A DNA stretch of 64,000 bases from Paragordius varius. Lineage: Eukaryota; Animalia; Nematomorpha. The stretch covers positions 3,844,001-3,908,000 of the forward strand of contig OZ176053.1 in the NCBI GenBank assembly GCA_964247055.1. Direction: 5' to 3'. The notes beneath the pieces are model-generated. The model was not told the origin of the DNA. It ran no database searches and saw only the letters and a list, made by a program, of their open reading frames with translations. Positions 1-13,299 of the stretch are shown here, one piece after another. Both the position numbers and the translations under genes were made by a program. Position 1 is the first letter of the stretch. Every line of letters starts with the position of its first letter.

Positions 1-3000
1 ATACCTCTTTAACACTTAAATTATATTAACCATGATTGTATGGGTAATTACAACAATCAACCATACCTCTTTAACACTTAAATTATATTAACCATGATTG
101 TATGGGTAATTACAACAATCATCCATACCTCTTTAACACTTAAATTATATTAACCATGATTGTATGGGTAATTACAACAATCAACCATACCTCTTTAACA
201 CTTAAATTATATTAACCATGATTGTATGGGTAATTACAACAATCAACCATACCTCTTTAACACTTAAATTATATTAACCATGATTGTATGGGTAATTACA
301 ACAATCAACCATACCTCTTTAACACTTAAATTATATTAACCATGATTGTATGGGTAATTACAACAATCAACCATACCTCTTTAACACTTAAATTATATTA
401 ACCATGATTGTATGGGTAATTACAACAATCAACCATACCTCTTTAACACTTAAATTATATTAACCATGATTGTATGGGTAATTACAACAATCAACCATAC
501 CTCTTTAACACTTAAATTATATTAACCATGATTGTATGGGTAATTACAACAATCAACCATACCTCTTTAACACTTAAATTATATTAACCATGATTGTATG
601 GGTAATTACAACAATCAACCATACCTCTTTAACAATCAAATTATATTAACCACGATTGTATGGATAATTACAACAATCAACTATACCTCTTTAACACTTA
701 AATTATATTAACCATGATTGTATGGGTAATTACAACAATCAACCATACCTCTTTAACACTTAAATTATATTAACCATGATTGTATGGGTAATTACAACAA
801 TCAACCATACCTCTTTAACACTTAAATTATATTAACCATGATTGTATGGGTAATTACAACAATCAACCATACCTCTTTAACACTTAAATTATATTAACCA
901 TGATTGTATGGGTAATTACAACAATCAACCATACCTCTTTAACAATTAAATTATATTAACCATGATTGTATGGGTAATTACAACAATCAACCATACCTCT
1001 TTAACACTTAAATTATATTAACCATGATTGTATGGGTAATTACAACAATCAACCATACCTCTTTAACACTTAAATTATATTAACCATGATTGTATGGGTA
1101 ATTACAACAATCAACCATACCTCTTTAACAATTAAATTATATTAACCATGATTGTATGGGTAATTACAACAATCAACCATACCTCTTTAACAATTAAATT
1201 ATATTAACCATGATTGTATGGGTAATTACAACAATCAACCATACCTCTTTAACACTTAAATTATATTAACCATGATTGTATGGGTAATTACAACAATCAA
1301 CCATACCTCTTTAACAATTAAATTATATTAACCATGATTGTATGGGTAATTACAACAATCAACCATACCTCTTTAACACTTAAATTATATTAACCATGAT
1401 TGTATGGTTAAACAATCATCCATACCTCTTTAACAATCAAATTATATTAACCATGATTGTATGGGTAATTACAACAATCAACCATACCTCTTTAACACTT
1501 AAATTATATTAACCATGATTGTATGGGTAATTACAACAATCAACCATACCGCTTTAACACTTAAATTATATTAACCATGATTGTATGGGTAATTACAACA
1601 ATCAACCATACCTCTTTAACACTTAAATTATATTAACCATGATTGTATGGGTAATTACAACAATCAACCATACCTCTTTAACAATTAAATTATATTAACC
1701 ATGATTGTATGGGTAATTACAACAATCAACCATACCTCTTTAACACTTAAATTATATTAACCATGATTGTATGGGTAATTACAACAATCATCCATACCTC
1801 TTTAACAATCAAATTATATTAACCATGATTGTATGGGTAATTACAACAATCAACCATACCTCTTTAACAATTAAATTATATTAACCATGATTGTATGGGT
1901 AATTACAACAATCAACCATACCTCTTTAACACTTAAATTATATTAACCATGATTGTATGGGTAATTACAACAATCAACCATACCTCTTTAACAATTAAAT
2001 TATATTAACCATGATTGTATGGGTAATTACAACAATCAACCATACCGCTTTAACACTTAAATTATATTAACCATGATTGTATGGGTAATTACAACAATCA
2101 TCCATACCTCTTTAACAATCAAATTATATTAACCATGATTGTATGGGTAATTACAACAATCAACCATACCTCTTTAACAATTAAATTATATTAACCATGA
2201 TTGTATGGGTAATTACAACAATCAACTATACCTCTTTAAAAATCAAATTATATTAACCATGATTGTATGGATAATTACAACAATCAACTATACCTCTCTA
2301 AAAATCAAATTATATTAACCATGATTGTATGGGTAATTACAACAATCAACCATACCTCTTTAACACTTAAATTATATTAACCATGATTGTATGGGTAATT
2401 ACAACAATCAACCATACCTCTTTAACAATTAAATTATATTAACCATGATTGTATGGGTAATTACAACAATCAACCATACCTCTTTAACACTTAAATTATA
2501 TTAACCATGATTGTATGGTTAAACAATCATCCATACCTCTTTAACAATCAAATTATATTAACCATGATTGTATGGGTAATTACAACAATCAACCATACCT
2601 CTTTAACACTTAAATTATATTAACCATGATTGTATGGGTAATTACAACAATCAACCATACCGCTTTAACACTTAAATTATATTAACCATGATTGTATGGG
2701 TAATTACAACAATCAACCATACCTCTTTAACACTTAAATTATATTAACCATGATTGTATGGGTAATTACAACAATCAACCATACCTCTTTAACAATTAAA
2801 TTATATTAACCATGATTGTATGGGTAATTACAACAATCAACCATACCTCTTTAACACTTAAATTATATTAACCATGATTGTATGGGTAATTACAACAATC
2901 ATCCATACCTCTTTAACAATTAAATTATATTAACCATGATTGTATGGGTAATTACAACAATCAACCATACCTCTTTAACAATTAAATTATATTAACCATG

Positions 3001-3085
3001 ATTGTATGGGTAATTACAACAATCATCCATACCTCTTTAACAATTAAATTATATTAACCATGATTGTATGGGTAATTACAACAAT
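1..3085 (+). repeat. Satellite domain A: highly homogeneous 62-bp monomers with AACACTT/AACAATT signature
   Basis: The first ten monomers are identical except A>T at 122. The diagnostic TTTAACACTTAAATT is essentially confined to this domain. Two D-type monomers are inserted at about 2225-2330. Confidence 0.93.
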
Positions 3086-3200
3086 CAACTATACCTCTTT
3101 AAAAATCAAATTATATTAACCATGATTGTATGGATAATTACAACAATCAACTATACCTCTCTAAAAATCAAATTATATTAACCATGATTGTATGGGTAAT
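1270..3200 (+). repeat. Imperfect tandem duplication (offsets 1111 and 863 bp) spanning the A-to-D-type junction
   Basis: The 57-bp deletion monomer TGTATGGTTAAAC is at 1401 and 2512, CCGCTTT (G) at 1551 and 2662 (offset 1111 = 17x62+57), and CTCTCTA at 2294 and 3157 (offset 863 = 13x62+57). Confidence 0.85.
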
Positions 3201-6200
3201 TATAACAATCAACCAAACCTCTTTAAAAATCAAATTATACGCATGATTGTATGGATAATTACAACAATCAACCAAACCTCTTTAAAAATCAAATTATATT
3301 AACCACGATTGTATGGATAATTACAACAATCAACCAAACCTCTTTAAAAATCAAATTATAAGCATGATTGTATGGATAATTACAACAATCAACCAAACCT
3401 CTTTAAAAATCAAATTATATTAACCATGATTGTATGGATAATTACAACAATCAACTATACCTCTTTAAAAATCAAATTATATCAACCATGATTGTATGGG
3501 TAATTATAACAATCAACCAAACCTCTTTAAAAATCAAATTATAAGCATGATTGTATGGATAATTACAACAATCAACCAAACCTCTTTAAAAATCAAATTA
3601 TATTAACCACGATTGTATGGATAATTACAACAATCAACTATACCTCTTTAAAAATCAAATTATATTAACCATGATTGTATGGGTAATTATAACAATCAAC
3701 CAAACCTCTTTAAAAATCAAATTATAAGCATGATTGTATGGATAATTACAACAATCAACCAAACCTCTTTAAAAATCAAATTATATTAACCACGATTGTA
3801 TGGATAATTACAACAATCAACTAACCTCTTTAAAAATCAAATTATATTAACCATGAATGTATGGGCAATTACAACAATCAACCAAACATCTTTAACATTC
3901 AAATTATATTAACCATGAATGTATGGGCAATTACAACAATCAACCAAACATCTTTAACAATCAAATTATATTAAGCCATGATTGTATGGATAATTACAAC
4001 AATCAACTAACCTCTTTAAAAATCAAATTATATTAACCATGATTGTATGGGTAATTATAACAATCAACCAAACCTCTTTAAAAATCAAATTATAAGCATG
4101 ATTGTATGGATAATTACAACAATCAACCAAACCTCTTTAAAAATCAAATTATATTAACCACGATTGTATGGATAATTACAACAATCAACTAACCTCTTTA
4201 AAAATCAAATTATATTAACCATGAATGTATGGGCAATTACAACAATCAACCAAACATCTTTAACATTCAAATTATATTAACCATGAATGTATGGGCAATT
4301 ACAACAATCAACCAAACATCTTTAACAATCAAATTATATTAAGCCATGATTGTATGGGTAATTACAACAATCATCCATACCTCTTTAACAATCAAATTAT
4401 ATTAACCATGATTGTATGGTAATTACAACAATCATCCATACATATTTAATAATCAAATTATATTAACCATGAATGTATGGGTAATTACAACAATCAACCA
4501 AACATCTTTAACAATCAAATTATATTAAGCCATGATTGTATGGGTAATTACAACAATCATCCATACATCTTTAACAATCAAATTATATTAACCATGATTG
4601 TATGGGTAATTACAACAATCAACCATACATATTTAATAATCAAATTATATTAACCATGAATGTATGGGCAATTACAACAATCAACCATACATATTTAATA
4701 ATCAAATTATATTAACCATGAATGTATGGGCAATTACAACAATCAACCATACATATTTAATAATCAAATTATATTAACCATGATTGTATGGGTAATTACA
4801 ACAATCAACCAAACATCTTTAACAATCAAATTATATTAAGCCATGATTGTATGGGTAATTACAACAATCAACCAAACACCTTTAACAATCAAATTATATT
4901 AAGCCATGATTGTATGGGTAATTATAACAATCAACTAACCTCTTTAAAAATTAAATTATATTAACCATGATTGTATGGGTAATTATAACAATCAACCAAA
5001 CCTCTTTAAAAATCAAATTATAAGCATGATTGTATGGATAATTACAACAATCAACCAAACCTCTTTAAAAATCAAATTATATTAACCACGATTGTATGGA
5101 TAATTACAACAATCAACTATACCTCTTTAAAAATCAAATTATATTAACCATGATTGTATGGGTAATTATAACAATCAACCAAACCTCTTTAAAAATCAAA
5201 TTATAAGCATGATTGTATGGATAATTACAACAATCAACTATACCTCTTTAAAAATCAAATTATATTAACCATGATTGTATGGATAATTACAACAATCAAC
5301 TATACCTCTTTAAAAATCAAATTATATTAACCACGATTGTATGGATAATTACAACATTCAACTAACCTCTTTAAAAATCAAATTATATTAACCATGATTG
5401 TATGGGTAATTATAACAATCAACCAAACATCTTTAACAATCAAATTATATTAAGCCATGATTGTATGGGTAATTACAACAATCGTCCATACATCTTTAAC
5501 AATCAAATTATATTAACCACGATTGTATGGATAATTACAACAATCAACTAACCTCTTTAAAAATCAAATTATATTAACCATGATTGTATGGGTAATTATA
5601 ACAATCAACCAAACCTCTTTAAAAATCAAATTATAAGCATGATTGTATGGATAATTACAACAATCAACCAAACCTCTTTAAAAATCAATTTATATTAACC
5701 ACGATTGTATGGATAATTACAACAATCAACTAACCTCTTTAAAAATCAAATTATATTAACCATGAATGTATGGGCAATTACAACAATCAACCAAACATCT
5801 TTAACATTCAAATTATATTAACCATGAATGTATGGGCAATTACAACAATCAACCAAACATCTTTAACAATCAAATTATATTAAGCCATGATTGTATGGGT
5901 AATTACAACAATCATCCATACCTCTTTAACAATCAAATTATATTAACCATGATTGTATGGTAATTACAACAATCAACCATACCTCTTTAATAATCAAATT
6001 ATATTAAGCCATGATTGTATGGGTAATTACAACGATCATCCATACATCTTTAACAATCAAATTATATTAACCATGATTGTATGGGTAATTACAACAATCA
6101 ACCATACATATTTAATAATCAAATTATATTAACCATGAATGTATGGGTAATTACAACAATCAACCAAACATCTTTAACAATCAAATTATATTAAGCCATG

Positions 6201-6700
6201 ATTGTATGGGTAATTACAACAATCATCCATACATCTTTAACAATCAAATTATATTAACCATGATTGTATGGGTAATTACAACAATCAACCATACATATTT
6301 AATAATCAAATTATATTAACCATGAATGTATGGGCAATTACAACAATCAACCATACATATTTAATAATCAAATTATATTAACCATGAATGTATGGGCAAT
6401 TACAACAATCAACCATACATATTTAATAATCAAATTATATTAACCATGATTGTATGGGTAATTACAACAATCAACCAAACATCTTTAACAATCAAATTAT
6501 ATTAAGCCATGATTGTATGGGTAATTACAACAATCAACCAAACACCTTTAACAATCAAATTATATTAAGCCATGATTGTATGGGTAATTATAACAATCAA
6601 CTAACCTCTTTAAAAATCAAATTATATTAACCATGATTGTATGGGTAATTATAACAATCAACCAAACCTCTTTAAAAATCAAATTATAAGCATGATTGTA
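3086..6700 (+). repeat. Satellite domain B: mosaic transition of D-type (TTTAAAAATC, GGAT, CACG, 59-bp ATAAGCATG) and C-type (GAAT, AAGCC, CATACATATTT) monomers
   Basis: D-type runs at about 3090-3850, 4000-4210, 4930-5420, 5520-5760 and 6600-6700 alternate with C-type runs. A 183-bp 3-mer is present (ATAAGC at 3541 and 3724). Confidence 0.88.
3990..6700 (+). repeat. Tandem duplication, offset 1541 then 1666 bp, spanning D-type/C-type junctions
   Basis: AACATTC at 4262 and 5803, the one-G deletion GTATGGT at 4414 and 5955 (offset 1541), and AACACC at 4875 and 6541 (1666 = 1541+62+63). Confidence 0.85.
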
Positions 6701-9700
6701 TGGGTAATTACAACAATCATCCATACCTCTTTAACAATCAAATTATATTAACCATGATTGTATGGGTAATTACAACAATCAACCATACATATTTAATAAT
6801 CAAATTATATTAACCATGAATGTATGGGTAATTACAACAATCAACCATACATATTTAATAATCAAATTATATTAACCATGAATGTATGGGTAATTACAAC
6901 AATCAACCAAACATCTTTAACAATCAAATTATATTAAGCCATGATTGTATGGGTAATTACAACAATCATCCATACCTCTTTAACAATCAAATTATATTAA
7001 CCATGATTGTATGGGTAATTACAACAATCAACCATACATATTTAATAATCAAATTATATTAACCATGATTGTATGGGTAATTACAACAATCAACCATACA
7101 TATTTAATAATCAAATTATATTAACCATGAATGTATGGGTAATTACAACAATCAACCAAACATCTTTAACAATCAAATTATATTAAGCCATGATTGTATG
7201 GGTAATTACAACAATCATCCATACATCTTTAACAATCAAATTATATTAACCATGATTGTATGGGTAATTACAACAATCAACCATACCTCTTTAATAATCA
7301 AATTATATTGACCATGAATGTATGGGTAATTACAACAATCAACCAAACATCTTTAACAATCAAATTATATTAAGCCATGATTGTATGGGTAATTACAACA
7401 ATCATCCATACCTCTTTAACAATCAAATTATATTAACCATGATTGTATGGGTAATTATAACAATCAACCATACATATTTAATAATCAAATTATATTAACC
7501 ATGAATGTATGGGTAATTACAACAATCAACCATACCTCTTTAATAATCATATTATATTAACCATGAATGTATGGGTAATTACAACAATCAACCATACCTC
7601 TTTAATAATCAAATTATATTAACCATGAATGTATGGGCAATTATAACATTCAACTAAACATCTTTAACAATCAAATTATATTAACCATGAATGTATGGGT
7701 AATTACAACAATCAACCATACCTGTTTAATAATCAAATTATATTAACCATGAATGTATGGGCAATTACAACAATCAACCAAACATCTTTAACAATCAAAT
7801 ATATTAAGCCATGATTGTATGGGTAATTATAACAATCAACCATACATATTTAATAATCAAATTATATTAACCATGAATGTATGGGTAATTACAACAATCA
7901 ACCATACCTCTTTAATAATCAAATTATATTGACCATGAATGTATGGGTAATTACAACAATCAACCATACCTCTCTAATAATCAAATTATATTAACCATGA
8001 ATGTATGGGCAATTATAACAATCAACCAAACATCTTTAACAATCAAATTATATTAACCATGAATGTATGGGTAATTACAACAATCAACCATACCTCTTTA
8101 ATAATCAAATTATATTAACCATGAATGTATGGGCAATTACAACAATCAACCAAACATCTTTAACAATCAAATTATATTAAGCCATGATTGTATGGGTATT
8201 TACAACAATCATCCATACATCTTTAACAATCAAATTATATTAAGCCATGAATGTATGGGTAATTACAACAATCATCCATACATCTTTAACAATCAAATTA
8301 TATTAACCATGATTGTATGGGTAATTACAACAATCATCCATACATCTTTAACAATCAAATTATATTAACCATGAATGTATGGGTAATTACAACAATCAAC
8401 CAAACATCTTTAACAATCAAATTATATTAAGCCATGATTGTATGGGTAATTACAACAATCATCCATACATCTTTAACAATCAAATTATATTAAGCCATGA
8501 TTGTATGGGTAATTACAACAATCATCCATACATCTTTAACAATCAAATTATATTAACCATGATTGTATGGGTAATTACAACAATCATCCATACATCTTTA
8601 ACAATCAAATTATATTAACCATGATTGTATGGGTAATTACAACAATCAACCATACATATTTAATAATCAAATTATATTAACCATGAATGTATGGGTAATT
8701 ACAACAATCAACCAAACATCTTTAACAATCAAATTATATTAAGCCATGATTGTATGGGTAATTACAACAATCATCCATACATCTTTAACAATCAAATTAT
8801 ATTAACCATGATTGTATGGGTAATTACAACAATCAACCATACATATTTAATAATCAAATTATATTAACCATGAATGTATGGGCAATTACAACAATCAACC
8901 ATACATATTTAATAATCAAATTATATTAACCATGATGTATGGGCAATTACAACAATCAACCATACATATTTAATAATCAAATTATATTAACCATGATTGT
9001 ATGGGTAATTACAACAATCAACCAAACATCTTTAATAATCAAATTATATTAACCATGAATGTATGGGCAATTATAACAATCAACCAAACATCTTTAACAA
9101 TCAAATTATATTAACCATGATTGTATGGGTAATTACAACAATCAACCATACATATTTAATAATCAAATTATATTGACCATGAATGTATGGGTAATTACAA
9201 CAATCAACCAAACATCTTTAACAATCAAATTATATTAAGCCATGATTGTATGGGTAATTACAACAATCATCCATACCTCTTTAACAATCAAATTATATTA
9301 ACCATGATTGTATGGGTAATTATAACAATCAACCATACATATTTAATAATCAAATTATATTAACCATGAATGTATGGGCAATTACAACAATCAACCATAC
9401 ATATTTAATAATCAAATTATATTAACCATGATTGTATGGGTAATTACAACAATCAACCAAACATCTTTAACAATCAAATTATATTAAGCCATGATTGTAT
9501 GGGTAATTACAACAATCATCCATACATCTTTAACAATCAAATTATATTAACCATGATTGTATGGGTAATTACAACAATCAACCATACATATTTAATAATC
9601 AAATTATATTGACCATGAATGTATGGGTAATTACAACAATCAACCAAACATCTTTAACAATCAAATTATATTAAGCCATGATTGTATGGGTAATTACAAC

Positions 9701-12700
9701 AATCATCCATACCTCTTTAACAATCAAATTATATTAACCATGATTGTATGGGTAATTATAACAATCAACCATACATATTTAATAATCAAATTATATTAAC
9801 CATGAATGTATGGGTAATTAGAACAATCAACCATACCTCTTTAATAATCAAATTATATTAACCATGAATGTATGGGCAATTATAACAATCAACCATACAT
9901 CTTTAACAATCAAATTATATTAACCATGAATGTATGGGTAATTACAACAATCAACCATACATCTTTAACAATCAAATTATATTAACCATGAATGTATGGG
10001 TAATTACAACAATCAACCATACCTCTTTAATAATCAAATTATATTAACCATGAATGTATGGGCAAACAATCAACCAAACATCTTTAACAATCAAATTATA
10101 TTAAGCCATGATTGTATGGGTAATTACAACAATCATCCATACCTCTTTAACAATCAAATTATATTAACCATGATTGTATGGGTAATTATAACAATCAACC
10201 ATACATATTTAATAATCAAATTATATTAACCATGAATGTATGGGTAATTACAACAATCAACCATACCTCTTTAATAATCAAATTATATTAACCATGAATG
10301 TATGGGTAATTACAACAATCAACCATACCTCTTTAATAATCAAATTATATTAACCATGAATGTATGGGCAATTATAACATTCAACCAAACATCTTTAACA
10401 ATCAAATTATATTAACCATGAATGTATGGGTAATTACAACAATCAACCATACATCTTTAACAATCAAATTATATAAACCATGATTGTATGGGTAATTACA
10501 ACAATCAACCATACATATTTAATAATCAAATTATATTAACCATGAATGTATGGGCAATTATAACAATCAACCAAACATCTTTAACAATCAAATTATATTA
10601 AGCCATGATTGTATGGGTAATTACAACAATCATCCATACATCTTTAACAATCAAATTATATTAACCATGATTGTATGGGTAATTACAACAATCAACCATA
10701 CATATTTAATAATCAAATTATATTAACCATGATGTATGGGCAATTACAACAATCAACCATACATATTTAATAATCAAATTATATTAACCATGATTGTATG
10801 GGTAATTACAACAATCAACCATACATATTTAATAATCAAATTATATTAACCATGAATGTATGGGCAATTATAACAATCATCCATACATCTTTAACAATCA
10901 AATTATATTAACCATGATTGTATGGGTAATTACAACAATCAACCATACATATTTAATAATCAAATTATATTAACCATGATGTATGGGCAATTACAACAAT
11001 CAACCATACATATTTAATAATCAAATTATATTAACCATGAATGTATGGGTAATTAGAACAATCAACCATACCTCTTTAATAATCAAATTATATTAACCAT
11101 GAATTGGGCAATTATAACAATCAACCATACATCTTTAACAATCAAATTATATTAACCATGAATGTATGGGTAATTACAACAATCAACCATACATCTTTAA
11201 CAATCAAATTATATTAACCATGAATGTATGGGTAATTACAACAATCAACCATACCTCTTTAATAATCAAATTATATTAACCATGAATGTATGGGCAATTA
11301 CAACAATCAACCAAACATCTTTAACAATCAAATTATATTAAGCCATGATTGTATGGGTAATTACAACAATCATCCATACCTCTTTAACAATCAAATTATA
11401 TTAACCATGATTGTATGGGTAATTATAACAATCAACCATACATATTTAATAATCAAATTATATTAACCATGAATGTATGGGTAATTACAACAATCAACCA
11501 TACCTCTTTAATAATCAAATTATATTAACCATGAATGTATGGGTAATTACAACAATCAACCATACCTCTTTAATAATCAAATTATATTAACCATGAATGT
11601 ATGGGCAATTATAACAATCAACCAAACATCTTTAACAATCAAATTATATTAACCATGAATGTATGGGTAATTACAACAATCAACCATACCTCTTTAATAA
11701 TCAAATTATATTAACCATGAATGTATGGGCAATTACAACAATCAACCAAACATCTTTAACAATCAAATTATATTAAGCCATGATTGTATGGGTAATTATA
11801 ACAATCAACCATACATATTTAATAATCAAATTATATTAACCATGAATGTATGGGTAATTACAACAATCAACCATACCTCTTTAATAATCAAATTATATTA
11901 ACCATGAATGTATGGGTAATTACAACAATCAACCATACCTCTTAATTAATCAAATTATATTAACCATGAATGTATAGGCAATTATAACATTCAACCAAAC
12001 ATCTTTAACAATCAAATTATATTAACCATGAATGTATGGGTAATTACAACAATCAACCATACCTCTTTAATAATCAAATTATATTAACCATGAATGTATG
12101 GGCAATTACAACAATCAACCAAACATCTTTAACAATCAAATTATATTAAGCCATGATTGTATGGGTAATTATAACAATCAACCATACATATTTAATAATC
12201 AAATTATATTAACCATGAATGTATGGGTAATTACAACAATCAACCATACCTCTTTAATAATCAAATTATATTAACCATGAATGTATGGGTAATTACAACA
12301 ATCAACCATACCTCTTTAATAATCAAATTATATTAACCATGAATGTATGGGCAATTACAACAATCAACCAAACATCTTTAACAATCAAATTATATTAAGC
12401 CATGATTGTATGGGTAATTATAACAATCAACCATACATATTTAATAATCAAATTATATTAACCATGAATGTATGGGTAATTACAACAATACACCATACCT
12501 CTTTAATAATCAAATTATATTGACCATGAATGTATGGGTAATTACAACAATCAACCATACCTCTTTAATAATCAAATTATATTAACCATGAATGTATGGG
12601 CAATTACAACAATCAACCAAACATCTTTAACAATCAAATTATATTAAGCCATGATTGTATGGGTAATTACAACAATCATCCATACCTCTTTAACAATCAA

Positions 12701-13299
12701 ATTATATTAACCATGATTGTATGGGTAATTATAACAATCAACCATACATATTTAATAATCAAATTATATTAACCATGAATGTATAGGTAATTACAACAAT
12801 CAACCATACCTCTTTAATAATCAAATTATATTGACCATGAATGTATGGGTAATTACAACAATCAACCATACCTCTTTAATAATCAAATTATATTAACCAT
12901 GAATGTATCAGCAATTTTAACAATCAACCAAACATCTTTAACAATCAAATTATATTAACCATGAATGTATGGGTAATTACAACAATCAACCATACCTCTT
13001 TAATATTCAAATTATATTAACCATGAATGTATGGGTTATTACAACAATCAACCATACCTCTTTAACAATTAAATTATATTAACCATGATTGTTTGGGTAA
13101 TTACAATAATCATCCATACCTCTTTAACAATCAAATTATATTAACCCTGAATCTATGGGTACTTACAACAATCAACCATACCTCTTTAATAATCAAATTA
13201 TATTAACCATGAATGTATGGGTAATTACCACAATCAACCATACCTCTTTAATAATCAAATTATATTGACCATGAATGTATGGGTAATTACAACAATCAA

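Noticed and set aside
10055-11110. Singleton small deletions (GGCAAACAAT at about 10061, GAATTGGGC at 11101) and similar one-off indels elsewhere
   Set aside because: They occur once, so they cannot be told apart from consensus errors without reads. Only variants seen in two or more copies were used as markers.
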